Shown piece by piece: positions 16,844-28,874 of a DNA stretch of 64,000 nucleotides. This DNA is from Escherichia phage S143_2. The stretch lies in sequence record MZ189261.1. One strand, written 5' to 3'. A model generated the notes under the pieces. That model ran no database searches. It was not told where the DNA came from and saw only the letters and a list, made by a program, of their open reading frames with translations. The translations under genes were made by a program, and so were the position numbers. Each line of letters begins with the position of its first letter. Position 1 is the first letter of the stretch.

Positions 16844-18576
16844 TGGAAATGATTAGCAGTAGCCTTAATTGGTTCGTTGGTGTTGTCGAGGACAGAATGG
16901 ACCCATTAAAACAAGGGCGAGTTCGAGTTCGAGTCGTTGGTCTTCATCCGGCGCAGAGAACACAAGGTGATGTACAAGGTATTCCTACAGAAAAACTTCC
17001 ATGGATGACTGTTATTCAACCTATTACGTCTGCATCAATGTCAGGTATTGGTGGTTCTGTTACAGGTCCTGTTGAAGGAACTCGAGTATATGGTCATTTC
17101 TTAGACAAATGGAAAACAAACGGGATTGTACTTGGTACATATGGCGGAATAGTACGTGAAAAGCCTAATAGACTTGAAGGTTTTTCAGACCCGACAGGTC
17201 AGTATCCGCGACGTTTAGGTAATGATACGAACGTATTAAACCAAGGTGGTGAAGCTGGTTATTATTCGAACTCTAACGTAATTCAAGATAACAACTTGGA
17301 TTACGGTATAAACCCAGATGATACAGATTTAGCAAATATTCCAGAAGATGACGACCCTAATTTTACAATAACAGAAATGTTACGTCGTGATGAAGGTCTT
17401 CGTGATAAAGTGTATTGGGACCATCTCGGGTATCCTACAGTAGGTATTGGACACCTTATCGTAATGGAAAAGACCCGAGATATGTCTCGAATTAATAAAT
17501 TGTTATCTGATCAAGTAGGGCGTGAAGTAACAGGAAATCCTGGAACTATTACATTAGAAGAAGCAACAGCGTTATTTGAGAAGGACCTTGCTAAGATGCA
17601 GAAAGACATTCGTTCTAATTCTAAAGTAGGTCCTGTTTATGCTAAAATGAACAGATCTCGTCAAATGGCATTAGAAAACATGTGCTTCCAGATGGGCGTT
17701 GGTGGTGTAGCAAAATTCAATACTATGCTTAAAGCAATGGCCACAGGTGATTGGAAAACCGCATACAAATCTGGACGCGATTCGTTATGGTTCCAACAGA
17801 CTAAAGGGCGTGCTTCACGTGTAACAACAATTATTTTAACTGGTAACATGGAATCATATGGCGTTCCTGTTAAAACACCACCTTCACCAGGAGTTGGTGC
17901 TGATTTAGTTACTAGAAATACCGATCCAGAAGACCCGGCTGGTCCTCCTGTTCCGTTAGATTCACGTATCCTTTTTAAAGAACCTGAATCAAGTTATCGT
18001 GGTGAATATCCATACGTTCATGCTATGGAAACAGAAAGCGGTCATATCCAAGAATTTGACGATACTCCAGGTAATGAACGTTATCGCTTAGTTCATCCAA
18101 CAGGGTCATATGAGGAAGTTTCTCCGTCTGGGCGTCGTACTCGTAAAACTGTAGAAGACCTTTTTGACATCACTAATGGCGATGGGAACTTCTTGATTTC
18201 TGGTGATAAACTTGTTAACGTTGGTGCTAATGAAATATATTATAACATGGCAGACCGCCTCCATCAAATAGACGGCAATGACACAATCTTTATTCGTGGT
18301 AACCAATCTAAAACTGTTGAAGGCGATGGAACTCTTTACGTTAAGGGTAATATCAAAATAGTTGTTGACGGAAATGCAGATATTCTTGTTAAAGGTGATG
18401 CTAAAACTCAGGTCGAAGGGAATCATGATTACACAGTCAACGGAAACGTTAAATGGACTGTTAATGGTAATGTTGATATGACTGTTGCCGGTGATTGGGC
18501 AGAAACAATGTCTACAATGAGCTCAGTAGCTTCAGGACAATACACTGTTGACGGATCTCGTATTGATATTGGGTAA
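16843..18576 (+). CDS. 5: gp5 baseplate hub with lysozyme domain and C-terminal beta-helix
   Basis: 577 aa; lysozyme-like DEGLRDKVYWDHLGYPTVGIGHL; C-terminal VxGxxxx repeats. Confidence 0.92.
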   Translation: MEMISSSLNWFVGVVEDRMDPLKQGRVRVRVVGLHPAQRTQGDVQGIPTEKLPWMTVIQPITSASMSGIGGSVTGPVEGTRVYGHFLDKWKTNGIVLGTYGGIVREKPNRLEGFSDPTGQYPRRLGNDTNVLNQGGEAGYYSNSNVIQDNNLDYGINPDDTDLANIPEDDDPNFTITEMLRRDEGLRDKVYWDHLGYPTVGIGHLIVMEKTRDMSRINKLLSDQVGREVTGNPGTITLEEATALFEKDLAKMQKDIRSNSKVGPVYAKMNRSRQMALENMCFQMGVGGVAKFNTMLKAMATGDWKTAYKSGRDSLWFQQTKGRASRVTTIILTGNMESYGVPVKTPPSPGVGADLVTRNTDPEDPAGPPVPLDSRILFKEPESSYRGEYPYVHAMETESGHIQEFDDTPGNERYRLVHPTGSYEEVSPSGRRTRKTVEDLFDITNGDGNFLISGDKLVNVGANEIYYNMADRLHQIDGNDTIFIRGNQSKTVEGDGTLYVKGNIKIVVDGNADILVKGDAKTQVEGNHDYTVNGNVKWTVNGNVDMTVAGDWAETMSTMSSVASGQYTVDGSRIDIG

Positions 18577-18579
18577 TAT

Positions 18580-19095
18580 ATGGCACAAATACTTCCTTTA
18601 AATACCGACTTAGGAGAAGACATGGAAGGGGCGTCTATTGACGTCCTTTTTACTCCACAGTTAGAAACAACCGAAACTTTAGTGTCAATAAATATAACAG
18701 ATTATGAACCGACACAAGGCATTACGGTGGATGGTAACCGTTTATATGGAACATATGAAAGTGTGTTTAGCTTTTCTTCAGATGCATTGAAATACCGATT
18801 AAATGATGATTTTGAAACCGCATCTTCATGGGATGATTTACCAAAAGATGAATCTACACAGTTATATTTGTGGAGAGCTCCTCAGAATCTTCGTAAAGTG
18901 TTTAGTTATACGGTTGAAATGATTTATAACTACCAAGAAGAAAGTTCATCAGGCGGTTCTAGAAGTGACTCTGGTACAGAACCTCCACCGGCTCCAGTAC
19001 AAAAAACTCTTACTAAGGTTTATACAAAAACTATAGTAGGAAATTGGAGCAAATGGGCTCATCAATTACGAAACTATGTTTATGTGAGGCCGTGA
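18580..19095 (+). CDS. 5.1: gp5.1
   Basis: 171-aa ORF in T4 5.1 position. Confidence 0.7.
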   Translation: MAQILPLNTDLGEDMEGASIDVLFTPQLETTETLVSINITDYEPTQGITVDGNRLYGTYESVFSFSSDALKYRLNDDFETASSWDDLPKDESTQLYLWRAPQNLRKVFSYTVEMIYNYQEESSSGGSRSDSGTEPPPAPVQKTLTKVYTKTIVGNWSKWAHQLRNYVYVRP

Positions 19096-19097
19096 AA

Positions 19098-19391
19098 ATG
19101 TCAGGCTTAAGTTACGACAAGTGCGTTACAACAGGTCATGAAGCATGGCCTCCTACTGTAATAAATGCTTCCCAATCTAAAGTATTCACCGGCGGTATTC
19201 CTGTTCTTGTGGCAGGAGACCAAATAACACCCCATACAGAAATTAAAAAACCATACGAGACTCATGGAGGTGTTACTGAACCTCGTACATCTAAAGTATA
19301 CGTCACCGGTAAAAAGGCTGTTCAAATGGCTGACCCAATTTCATGCGGGGATACTGTTTCTCAGGCCTCGTCAAAAGTCTTTATAAAATAG
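19098..19391 (+). CDS. 5.4: gp5.4 PAAR-repeat spike tip
   Basis: Start trimmed to [21 protein letters not shown] (97 aa), near-identical to T4 gp5.4 as recalled. Confidence 0.85.
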   Translation: MSGLSYDKCVTTGHEAWPPTVINASQSKVFTGGIPVLVAGDQITPHTEIKKPYETHGGVTEPRTSKVYVTGKKAVQMADPISCGDTVSQASSKVFIK

Positions 19392-19399
19392 GAATTAAA

Positions 19400-21373
19400 A
19401 TGGCAAACACTCCTGTAAATTATCAATTAACCCGAACAGCGAATGCTATTCCCGAGATTTTTATCGGGGGCACATTTGCCGAAATCAAACAGAACATTAT
19501 TGAATGGCTCAATGGGCAGAATGAATTTCTTGATTATGATTTTGAAGGTTCACGCTTAAACGTATTGTGCGACCTTTTAGCATATAACACTCTTTACATC
19601 CAACAGTTCAGTAATAGTGCAGTGTATGAAAGTTTTATGCGTACTGCAAACTTGCGTAGTTCTGTTGTACAAGCGGCTCAAGATAACGGATATCTGCCTT
19701 CATCTAAATCAGCAGCACAAACAGAAATTATGCTCACATGTACGGATGCATTAAATAGAAACTATATCACCATTCCGCGTGGCACTCGTTTCTTAGCATA
19801 CGCTAAAGATACTTCTGTTAACCCGTATAACTTTGTTTCTACTGAAGATGTCATTGTAGTTAAAGACAAAAATAACCAATATTTCCCACGTCTTCGATTA
19901 GCTCAGGGACGTATTGTTCGTACTGAATTAACATTTGATAAATTAAAACCTATCATTATTCGTGATAAGAACATTGACCGTAATTTAGTTAAGTTGTACG
20001 TTGATGGAGCAGAATGGATTAACTGGACACGTAAGTCGATGGTTCACGCTGGTTCTACGTCAACGATCTATTATATGCGTGAAACAGTTGATGGGAACAC
20101 CGAATTTTATTTTGGTGAAGGCGAAATCTCTATTAACACGTCAGAAGGTGCGTTAACGTCTAACTATATTGGTGGCCTTAAACCTGTTCAGGGTTCTAAA
20201 ATCGTAATTGAGTATATTTCTACTAATGGCGCAGATGCTAACGGTGCTGTAGGATTTTCTTATGCTGATACATTAGCTAATATCACGGTAATCGATATTA
20301 ACGAGAACCCTAGCAATAACCCAGACTTTGTTGGGGCCGACGGCGGTGGTGACCCTGAAGATATTGAACGTATCCGCGAATTAGGCACAATTAAACGCGA
20401 AACTCAACAACGTTGTGTAACCGCTTCCGACTATGACACATTCGTCTCTGAGCGGTTTGGTTCTATTATTCAAGCAGTTCAAACATTCACAGATTCGTCT
20501 AAACCTGGGTATGCATACATTGCTGCTAAGCCTAAATCTGGATTGTATTTGACTTCTGTCCAACGTGATGATATCAAAAACTATTTGAATGATTATAACT
20601 TAGGGACTATTACACCTGTTGTTATTTCGCCTGATTATTTGTTTATCAAAATGAATATCAAAGTTACATACGCGTTGAATAAACTCCAAGAATCAGAACA
20701 ATATCTTGAAGGGCAGATTATTAATAAAATTGACCGTTATTATATTGAAGATGTAGAAATTTTTAACTCATCGTTTGCAAAATCTAAAATGCTAACTTAT
20801 GTCGATGATGCAGATATTTCTATTATTGGTTCTTCAGCTACTATTCAAATGGTTCGCGAAGTACAAAACTTCTATAAAACGCCTGAGGCCGGTATTAAAT
20901 ACAATAATCAGATTAAAGATAGATCGATGGAATCTAATATATTCTCGTTTGATTCGCACAGACCTAATCCAGAAAATGCAAACGAAACTATTAAATACGG
21001 TGTTCGCATAGTATCTTCCGACCGTAATGACCGTGGCATAGGTCAAGTTATTATTGGTCCATTTGCAGACGGTGATGTTGTTGAAAACGAAAATATACAA
21101 CCTTATACAGGTAATGATTTTAATAAACTTACTGTTACTGACGGACGAAACAAATACTATTCAATTGGTGAAGTGAATTATCCTGCCGATTCGATTTATT
21201 GGAACATTGCTAAAATTGACCTCACTTCAGACCGTTTTGAAGTTCAAACAATTGAACTTTATTCCGACCCTGCAGATGATATTATTTTTACAAAGGATGG
21301 TTCTTTAATCGTATTCGAAAATGACTTACGTCCTCAGTACTTAACTATAGATTTGGAGCCTATTTCACAATGA
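19400..21373 (+). CDS. 6: gp6 baseplate wedge
   Basis: Start trimmed to MANTPVNYQL (657 aa; T4 gp6 660 aa). Confidence 0.88.
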   Translation: MANTPVNYQLTRTANAIPEIFIGGTFAEIKQNIIEWLNGQNEFLDYDFEGSRLNVLCDLLAYNTLYIQQFSNSAVYESFMRTANLRSSVVQAAQDNGYLPSSKSAAQTEIMLTCTDALNRNYITIPRGTRFLAYAKDTSVNPYNFVSTEDVIVVKDKNNQYFPRLRLAQGRIVRTELTFDKLKPIIIRDKNIDRNLVKLYVDGAEWINWTRKSMVHAGSTSTIYYMRETVDGNTEFYFGEGEISINTSEGALTSNYIGGLKPVQGSKIVIEYISTNGADANGAVGFSYADTLANITVIDINENPSNNPDFVGADGGGDPEDIERIRELGTIKRETQQRCVTASDYDTFVSERFGSIIQAVQTFTDSSKPGYAYIAAKPKSGLYLTSVQRDDIKNYLNDYNLGTITPVVISPDYLFIKMNIKVTYALNKLQESEQYLEGQIINKIDRYYIEDVEIFNSSFAKSKMLTYVDDADISIIGSSATIQMVREVQNFYKTPEAGIKYNNQIKDRSMESNIFSFDSHRPNPENANETIKYGVRIVSSDRNDRGIGQVIIGPFADGDVVENENIQPYTGNDFNKLTVTDGRNKYYSIGEVNYPADSIYWNIAKIDLTSDRFEVQTIELYSDPADDIIFTKDGSLIVFENDLRPQYLTIDLEPISQ

Positions 21374-24300
21374 CAGTAAAAGCGCCAGCAGTCACAAGTC
21401 TCAGAATATCCAAGTTGTCCGCTAACCAAGTTCAAATACGCTGGGATGACGTTGGTGCTAATTTCTACTATTTCGTAGAAATCGCTGAGACTAAAACGGC
21501 GGATGGGGAAATAATTCCACCTGCCAGCTACAGATGGATAAATTTAGGATATACTCCTAATAGCAACTGGTTCGAAAGTAGCTTAGACCCATTAACTTCT
21601 TATATTATTCGTGTATCAACTGCCGCCGAAGGCTTCGAGAGATCTGATTGGGTATATACCGAAATATTTGAATCATTTCAGACTAACGCGTATACATTTC
21701 AACATATGATTGAAATGCAATTGGCTAACACTTTTATTAGAGAAAAATTTACAAATAACAACACGGCTTATGTCGATTTTAATAAAGACACTATAATGGC
21801 AGCTCTAATGAATGAATCATTCCAATTTAGCCCTGCTTATGCGGATATTTCATCTATTAAAAATTTCATTATTGGCGAAAATGAGTATCATGAAATTCAA
21901 GGTTCTATTCAACAGGTGTGTCATGATATAAACCGTGTTTATTTGATGGAATCCGAAGGAATTCTTTATTTGTTTGAACGGTATCAGCCTGTGGTTAAAG
22001 TCTCTAATGATAAGGGACAAACCTGGAAATCGGTTAAATTGTTTAATGACCGTGTAGGGTACCCTGTATCAAGAACAGTGTATTACCAGACAGATTATAC
22101 CACGTATGTTCTTGGGTATGATAAATTATTTTACGGCCGTAAATCAACTGACGTTCGTTGGTCTGCTGATGATGTGAGATTTAGTTCTCAAGATATAACA
22201 TTTGCTAAAATTGGTGACCAGTTAAATTTAGGATTTGATGTAGAAATATTTGGTAACTACGCATCATTACCTGCTAACGTATCACGTATTGCAGAAGCTA
22301 TCGTTTGCAATGACGATTACGTATATGTTGCTGCTCGAGATAAAGTTCGGTTTATTAAAACTAGTAATGCCCCTATTGATTCAGACCCGTTATCTCCGAC
22401 ATATTCCGAACGTTTGTTTGAACAAGAAACATTTAACATCACAGGTAACCCTAAGGCAGTTTGCTATAAAATGGATTCTGTCGGTGGTAAAATATTTGCA
22501 CTGATTATCGGTGAAGTTGTTAATCTTAACGATGACCCGAGGACCACTCCTATTGTTGATTCTGCTGATAAAGGTGTTTACGTTCTAGACCATGATGCTG
22601 GCACATTTAAACGTGTGTTTGGTAATACTGAAGAAGAACGTCGCCGTATTGAACCAGGGTACACCAGTATGTCTACTGATGGTGTTGAGTTATCTATTTC
22701 ATCTAGTAATTTTAAATTTCTAGAATCGGATATTGTTGGTGACCCAAAAACACAAGTCAAGTATGGTTTAATCGGTGCTGTTAAATATGAGTATCCTCGT
22801 GAATGGCTGGCTGATAAACATTATCATATGATGGCATTTATTTCAACTGAAGACTCTCAATGGGAATCGTTCACTCCCCAACCAATGGAATACTATGCTG
22901 AGCCATTCTTTAGTTATTCTAGAAAGTCTGGTACTCGTTGTTGGATTAATAACTCAGACAAGGCCGTTGTAATTTATTCTGATTTACTTTACACTAAAGT
23001 TATTGAGAATCGTCCGCTTAGTTCTTCAGATCGAGAAGTTCATGAATATTGGAAGGATGGCGACTGTACAATAGTGATGCCTAACGTAGATTTCACCGGA
23101 TTTAAAAAATATGCATCCGGCATGATTTTCTATAAAGCATCAGGTGAGATTATTTCTTATTATGATTTTAGTTATCGTGTTAGAGATAACGTTTCTATAA
23201 TTTGGAAGCCTACTAATATATTCTTAACAGCATCGTTACAAAACCAAGAAAAAGATACCACATGGACTCCTGTAGAAGAGAACGGTATTGCAGACCCAGA
23301 TTTACGTCCATTGCTCACTACAATGATGCCAGAGTCTTATCTTTTAGATAATACAAACTTCGAAGCATTCTGCGAGGCTTATATTCAGTATCTTTCTGAC
23401 GGTTATGGGACCCATTATAACAACCTTTTGAATCTTATTAAAAATCAATATCCGCGAGAAGAACATGCGTGGGAATACTTATGGTCTGAGATTTATAAAC
23501 GAAACATTTACTTAAACGCCGAAAAACGCGATTTAGTGTCTCGTTTCTTTGAATCAAGAAGTTATGACTTCTATTCAACTAAAGGAACTGAAGCATCATA
23601 TAAATTCTTGTTTAAAGTGCTTTATAACGAAGATGTTGAAATTGAAATTGAATCTAGTTCCGGGACTGAATATGATATCATCATTGAATCTGATTCGTTG
23701 ACAGAAGATTTGGTCGGACAGACCATATACACCGCGACAGGACGTTGTAATGTGACGTATATCGAGAGAAGTTACTCTAAAGGTAAATTACAATGGACCG
23801 TAACAATTCACAACCTATTAGGTCGTTTAATCCAAGGACAGGAAGTTAAAGCTGAAAGACTCCCTGGTTTTGAAGGTGAAATTGTTCGTGGTATTAAAGG
23901 TAAGGAGCTTTCTCAGAACAACATCGATTACATAAATCGTGGTAGAGCATACTACGTAATGAAGATTAAATCTAAACTTCCATCATCTCGTTGGAAATCA
24001 GACGTATTACGTTTTGTTCATCCAGTTGGATTTGGATTTATCGCAATTACCCTTCTCACAATGTTTATTAACACCGGATTAACACTTAAACATGTTGAAA
24101 CCATTATTAATAAATACAAAAACTATAAGTGGGATTCTGGATTACCAACTAAATATGCAGACCGAGTGGCTAAATTAGACCCACAAGGAAATGTTGAGTT
24201 TAACCCTATTACAGGTGAAGCGATATATGAAATAGGCCCTATGGCTGGTCAAGATTATCCATTGCCTGAAGATTATAACGCTGAAAACAATAACTCCATA

Positions 24301-24468
24301 TTTCAAGGTCAACTTCCATCGGAACGACGTAAACTGATGAGCCCATTATTTGATGCGTCTGGAACAACATTCTCTAGATTTAGAGATTTGGTTGAACAGC
24401 GGTTAATCGATAATGTAGGAAATCCAAGAGACCCCGTGAATCCACCACAGGTTAAATTAGATGAATGA
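21370..24468 (+). CDS. 7: gp7 baseplate wedge
   Basis: 1032 aa, same as T4 gp7; synteny. Confidence 0.9.
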   Translation: MTVKAPAVTSLRISKLSANQVQIRWDDVGANFYYFVEIAETKTADGEIIPPASYRWINLGYTPNSNWFESSLDPLTSYIIRVSTAAEGFERSDWVYTEIFESFQTNAYTFQHMIEMQLANTFIREKFTNNNTAYVDFNKDTIMAALMNESFQFSPAYADISSIKNFIIGENEYHEIQGSIQQVCHDINRVYLMESEGILYLFERYQPVVKVSNDKGQTWKSVKLFNDRVGYPVSRTVYYQTDYTTYVLGYDKLFYGRKSTDVRWSADDVRFSSQDITFAKIGDQLNLGFDVEIFGNYASLPANVSRIAEAIVCNDDYVYVAARDKVRFIKTSNAPIDSDPLSPTYSERLFEQETFNITGNPKAVCYKMDSVGGKIFALIIGEVVNLNDDPRTTPIVDSADKGVYVLDHDAGTFKRVFGNTEEERRRIEPGYTSMSTDGVELSISSSNFKFLESDIVGDPKTQVKYGLIGAVKYEYPREWLADKHYHMMAFISTEDSQWESFTPQPMEYYAEPFFSYSRKSGTRCWINNSDKAVVIYSDLLYTKVIENRPLSSSDREVHEYWKDGDCTIVMPNVDFTGFKKYASGMIFYKASGEIISYYDFSYRVRDNVSIIWKPTNIFLTASLQNQEKDTTWTPVEENGIADPDLRPLLTTMMPESYLLDNTNFEAFCEAYIQYLSDGYGTHYNNLLNLIKNQYPREEHAWEYLWSEIYKRNIYLNAEKRDLVSRFFESRSYDFYSTKGTEASYKFLFKVLYNEDVEIEIESSSGTEYDIIIESDSLTEDLVGQTIYTATGRCNVTYIERSYSKGKLQWTVTIHNLLGRLIQGQEVKAERLPGFEGEIVRGIKGKELSQNNIDYINRGRAYYVMKIKSKLPSSRWKSDVLRFVHPVGFGFIAITLLTMFINTGLTLKHVETIINKYKNYKWDSGLPTKYADRVAKLDPQGNVEFNPITGEAIYEIGPMAGQDYPLPEDYNAENNNSIFQGQLPSERRKLMSPLFDASGTTFSRFRDLVEQRLIDNVGNPRDPVNPPQVKLDE

Positions 24469-25465
24469 TTCAAGTGTTATCTATCGTGCAATAGTTACAT
24501 CAAAATTTAGAACAGAGAAAATGCTGAATTTTTATAATTCAGTTGGGGATGGAGATGATAAGAACTCCATTTATATTACGTTTGGACGTTCAGAGCCTTG
24601 GGCGTCAAATGAAAATGAGGTGGGCTTCGCCCCACCTTATCCTACAGATTCTGTTCTTGGTGTTACTGATATGTGGACCCATATGATGGGCACCGTTAAA
24701 GTTTTACCTTCAATGTTAGATTCTGTTATTCCTAGACGTGATTGGGGAGATGTGCGATATCCAGACCCTTACACGTTTAGAATTAACGATATAGTCGCAT
24801 GTAATACTGCTCCGTACAACGCGACAGAAGTTGGAGCTGGTTGGTTAATTTACCGTTGTTTAGATGTCCCTGACGTAGGGCTCTGTTCAATAGAATCTTT
24901 AGATAATAAAGATGAATGTCTTAAATTGGGTGGTAAATGGACTCCGTCTGTTCGTTCTATGTCTCCTCCTGAAGGCAGAGGCGATGCTAATGGGGTTATC
25001 GAAACCGGTGATGGATATATTTGGGAATATCTTTATGAGATTCCTGCTGATGTGTCAATTAACCGTTGCACTAACGAATATCTTGTAGTTCCATGGCCGG
25101 AAGAAATTAAAGAAGACCCCACCCGTTGGGGATATGAAAATAACTTAACTTGGCAACAAGATGACTACGGTTTGATTTACCGTGTTAAAGCTAATACGAT
25201 GCGGTTTAAAGCATATTTTGATTCTGTTTATTTCCCTGAGGCAGCTTTGCCTGGTAACAAGGGTTTTAGACAGATATCAATTATCGCAAACCCGTTAGAA
25301 GCTAAGAAAAATCCAAATGACCCTAATGTTAAAGCAGAAAAGGATTATTACGACCCTAGAGACCTGCAACGTCATTCCGGTGAAATGATTTATATGGAAA
25401 ACCGACCACCTGTTATTATGGCAATGGACCAAACAGAAGAAATTAACATTTTGTTTATGTTTTAA
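24461..25465 (+). CDS. 8: gp8 baseplate wedge
   Basis: 334 aa as T4 gp8. Confidence 0.9.
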   Translation: MNDSSVIYRAIVTSKFRTEKMLNFYNSVGDGDDKNSIYITFGRSEPWASNENEVGFAPPYPTDSVLGVTDMWTHMMGTVKVLPSMLDSVIPRRDWGDVRYPDPYTFRINDIVACNTAPYNATEVGAGWLIYRCLDVPDVGLCSIESLDNKDECLKLGGKWTPSVRSMSPPEGRGDANGVIETGDGYIWEYLYEIPADVSINRCTNEYLVVPWPEEIKEDPTRWGYENNLTWQQDDYGLIYRVKANTMRFKAYFDSVYFPEAALPGNKGFRQISIIANPLEAKKNPNDPNVKAEKDYYDPRDLQRHSGEMIYMENRPPVIMAMDQTEEINILFMF

Positions 25466-25468
25466 TTA

Positions 25469-25493
25469 GGGAGCCTTCGGGCTCCCATTTTTG
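25469..25493 (+). terminator. rho-independent terminator after gene 8
   Basis: GGGAGCCTTCGGGCTCCC followed by ATTTTTG. Confidence 0.75.
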
Positions 25494-25497
25494 TATC

Positions 25498-25505
25498 TAT
25501 AAATA
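25498..25505 (+). promoter_or_regulatory. late promoter TATAAATA upstream of gene 9
   Basis: Exact octamer 33 nt before the ATG. Confidence 0.7.
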
Positions 25506-25537
25506 GAATATAATATCGGACAACAAAAGGCAGAATT

Positions 25538-26410
25538 ATGGCATTTTTTAAGCAAACTCCTAAACAATTAATCGATACCGGCGAAATTGGTAATGCCTCA
25601 ACAGGTGATATCTTATTCGACGGTGGTAATAAAATAAATGACGATATCAACGCTATTTACAATGCATTTGGCGATCAACGTAAAATGGCCGTAGCAGATG
25701 GAACCGGACCTACAGGTCAAACTATTCATGCCACAGGTTATTATCAAAAAGGAAAGGCGGTCGATTATCAAACTCCTATTAAACCAGGCACTATGCATGA
25801 TATTGATGCTTCTGACGGTGGTGTGATTGTTATTATTGACCGTCCTGAATTAGGTGACTCTGTAGAATTCATAAACTCTAATGGGTCTATTTCTGTTAAC
25901 AATCCTTTAAGTATCCAAGTAACCGATGGTTCGATTAAAGGTGTTCTTAATAATCTTGTTATTTCCACCCCTTATACTCATGTTGTTCTTCGTTGTGTTG
26001 AACTTAATGGGCAGACTTCAGTATGGAATTATTCTACTGATAGCATGTTTGGGCAGAAAGAATCTCCTGTCGATGGGACTTGGAGTCTTACAGGAAACAC
26101 AGTTTCTATTCCTCTGTTTTATCGCACAGATTATAACATGGCTAAATTGCTTGTTACATGTCAATCCGCTGACGGTAGAAAAATAAAAACATGTGAAATA
26201 AATATTCTAATAGATACAATTAACTCAGAAGTTCTTTCTACCGAATTTGCAGTAATGCGAGTTGGTAATGTAGATGAAACCGACGAGATTGCTAATATTA
26301 GCTTTAGTATTATTAACAACTTTGCTACTATGACGATTACATCCGATATTATTGGATTACGTTCGGCAGTTAAAATTATCTCAACTCAGAAAATTGGGGT
26401 CGCTCAATAA
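25538..26410 (+). CDS. 9: gp9 baseplate, long tail fibre socket
   Basis: 290 aa (T4 288 aa); synteny. Confidence 0.88.
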   Translation: MAFFKQTPKQLIDTGEIGNASTGDILFDGGNKINDDINAIYNAFGDQRKMAVADGTGPTGQTIHATGYYQKGKAVDYQTPIKPGTMHDIDASDGGVIVIIDRPELGDSVEFINSNGSISVNNPLSIQVTDGSIKGVLNNLVISTPYTHVVLRCVELNGQTSVWNYSTDSMFGQKESPVDGTWSLTGNTVSIPLFYRTDYNMAKLLVTCQSADGRKIKTCEINILIDTINSEVLSTEFAVMRVGNVDETDEIANISFSIINNFATMTITSDIIGLRSAVKIISTQKIGVAQ

Positions 26411-28215
26411 TGAAACAAAATATTAAAATTGGTAACGTCGTTGATGACGGACAAGGCGATTACCTTCGTCGAGGTGGCGAAAAAATAAATGAGAACTTTG
26501 ACGAAATCTATTATGAATTAGGTGATGGTGAAGTTCCTTATGCCGCTGGTGCATGGAAGACTTATGATGCGGCTGATGGTCTTAATCTTAAGGCTGCTTG
26601 GGGTAAATCTTATGCAATTAATACTACTTCTGGGCGAGTTTCGGTAAATCTTCCTAAAGGGACAATTGCAGACTATAATAAAGTTATTCGTGCCCGTGAC
26701 GTATTTGCAACTTGGAACATTAACCCTGTTACTTTAATTCCGGCAAACGGAGACACGATTAAAGGTTCTTCATCTCCGGTGGAAATTAACGTTCAGTTCT
26801 CTGATTTAGAATTAGTTTATTGTGCTCCTGGACGTTGGGAATACATCAAGAACAAACAAATTGACAAAATAGTTAGCTCTGACATTAGTAACGTTGCTCG
26901 TAGAGAATATCTGGTTGAAACCCAAGGTCAGACCGATTTCATGGATGTTTTTAACGGGACCTCTTATAACGTTAACAACATTCGCGTAAAACATCGTGGC
27001 AACGAATTGTACTATGGTGATGTATTCAGTGATAACAGTGATTTTGGTTCTCCAGGCGCTAATCCTGGTGAACTGGTTGCACTTGATGGATTTAATATTA
27101 GATTACGCCAACCATGTAATGTTGGCGACACTGTACAAATTGAGACATTCTTAGATGGTGTTTCTCAGTGGCGTAGTTCATATACTCGTCGCCAAGTTCG
27201 CATTTTAGATAGTAAATTGACTGCTAAAAAATCTATTGACGGAAGTATTTACGTCACTGATTTGAGTACGTTCCGGTCTATTCCATTTACAGCATTTGGT
27301 ATTAATCCTACGGAACCACCTAACCCTAATTCGTTAGAAGTTCGCTTCAATGGTATTCTCCAAGAATTAGCTGGTACTGTTGGAACTCCTATTTTCCGTT
27401 GTGAAGGTGTGGATGCTGATTCTGAAGAGTCATGCGCTAATCTCGGTGGGACATGGACTCAATCATATACAGATTATGCGATTGAATATACTGATAATAT
27501 CCCTAGCGCAATTCTGTTTGACCGTCAATTTGAAGACCAAGACATTATTACCATCACATGGTTTAATAACGATTTAGGAACTCTTCTTGAAATGGACGAA
27601 ATCCTTGATGTCGCTGATGAGAAATATGTTTCTCAAGGGTCTAACATTGAAATTACTGGTGACGTTGCATTAACCGATTTCGATAAAATTGGATGGCCTA
27701 ATGTAGAACCTGTTCCTAAGTATGAACGTGAATTCTCGACTATCTCAGCAATATTTGATACAATTTATCCTGTCGGGACTATTTACGAAAATGCGGTTAA
27801 CCCTAATAATCCGGCCACTTATTTAGGTTTTGGTTCGTGGAAAATTTGGGGACAAGGCAAAGTATTAGCAGGTTGGAATGACGACGAGTCGGATCCTAAT
27901 TTTGCATTAAATAATAATGACCTTGACGTCAATGGTAACCCTACTCATACCGCAGGTGGGACCGTTGGTGTAACAACCATCACATTAGAAAATGCTGATT
28001 TACCAGCTACACAAACCGATGAAAAGGTTCTTATTTCTGATGATAATGGTACAGTAATTATAGGCGGTTGTCAATATGACCCAGATGAAGAAGGTCCTAT
28101 TTACACTAAATATCGTGAAGACCATGCAAAGACTAATGGATCTCATGTTCCAGCGCGTTCTATAACTAATATTCAGCCATCTATAACTGTATACCGTTGG
28201 GTAAGGATTGCATAA
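26410..28215 (+). CDS. 10: gp10 baseplate wedge
   Basis: 601 aa (T4 602 aa). Confidence 0.9.
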   Translation: MKQNIKIGNVVDDGQGDYLRRGGEKINENFDEIYYELGDGEVPYAAGAWKTYDAADGLNLKAAWGKSYAINTTSGRVSVNLPKGTIADYNKVIRARDVFATWNINPVTLIPANGDTIKGSSSPVEINVQFSDLELVYCAPGRWEYIKNKQIDKIVSSDISNVARREYLVETQGQTDFMDVFNGTSYNVNNIRVKHRGNELYYGDVFSDNSDFGSPGANPGELVALDGFNIRLRQPCNVGDTVQIETFLDGVSQWRSSYTRRQVRILDSKLTAKKSIDGSIYVTDLSTFRSIPFTAFGINPTEPPNPNSLEVRFNGILQELAGTVGTPIFRCEGVDADSEESCANLGGTWTQSYTDYAIEYTDNIPSAILFDRQFEDQDIITITWFNNDLGTLLEMDEILDVADEKYVSQGSNIEITGDVALTDFDKIGWPNVEPVPKYEREFSTISAIFDTIYPVGTIYENAVNPNNPATYLGFGSWKIWGQGKVLAGWNDDESDPNFALNNNDLDVNGNPTHTAGGTVGVTTITLENADLPATQTDEKVLISDDNGTVIIGGCQYDPDEEGPIYTKYREDHAKTNGSHVPARSITNIQPSITVYRWVRIA

Positions 28216-28874
28216 TGACTGTACTTAATACAAAGGCGGGAGTTATTTCCCGTCATGCTGATTTTTTGAATTACAGAAAAAATCCAGCTCAAATTGATGT
28301 TTTAAACAACCAAGCTGTAGGTTCCGTGACTATTTCTCAGTTAGCTCGCGGTTTTTATGATGCTAACGTAGAATCTGCAATAAACGATGTCCATAATATG
28401 GCACGAGCTGATATTGGTACTGTTGTCACAAACACTTCAGGCGTATCGCCTGAAGGTACAGCACAAGTTGATTATTGGACTTTTTCTGGTGATGTTCTCG
28501 ACGATACTTTGGCCCCTGGAACGCCGGTCGTTATTAACGTATTTGGACTTGCTGTTAAAGCAACAATTGGTATGACTGATAACGAATTAACGGCACAAGT
28601 TCGTATAGCTTTACAAGAAGCCATTGCTAATCAAATCGCTATTTCTTCTTATAAAGACCATCCGACCGAAGGTAATAAACTTCAGGTGACATATTTAGAT
28701 AACCAACGTCATGTGTTGCCAACATATGCTTCGTTTGGTGTAACAATTTCGCAAGAAATTTTGTCTGAAGCAAAATCCGGATACGGAACATGGAATTTAT
28801 TGGGTGCCCAAACGGTTACTCTTGATAACCATAGCACTCCTACCGTTTTCTACCACTTTGTGAGAGCCTCATGA
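28215..28874 (+). CDS. 11: gp11 baseplate wedge, short tail fibre attachment
   Basis: Start trimmed to [10 protein letters not shown] (219 aa as T4 gp11). Confidence 0.88.
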   Translation: MTVLNTKAGVISRHADFLNYRKNPAQIDVLNNQAVGSVTISQLARGFYDANVESAINDVHNMARADIGTVVTNTSGVSPEGTAQVDYWTFSGDVLDDTLAPGTPVVINVFGLAVKATIGMTDNELTAQVRIALQEAIANQIAISSYKDHPTEGNKLQVTYLDNQRHVLPTYASFGVTISQEILSEAKSGYGTWNLLGAQTVTLDNHSTPTVFYHFVRAS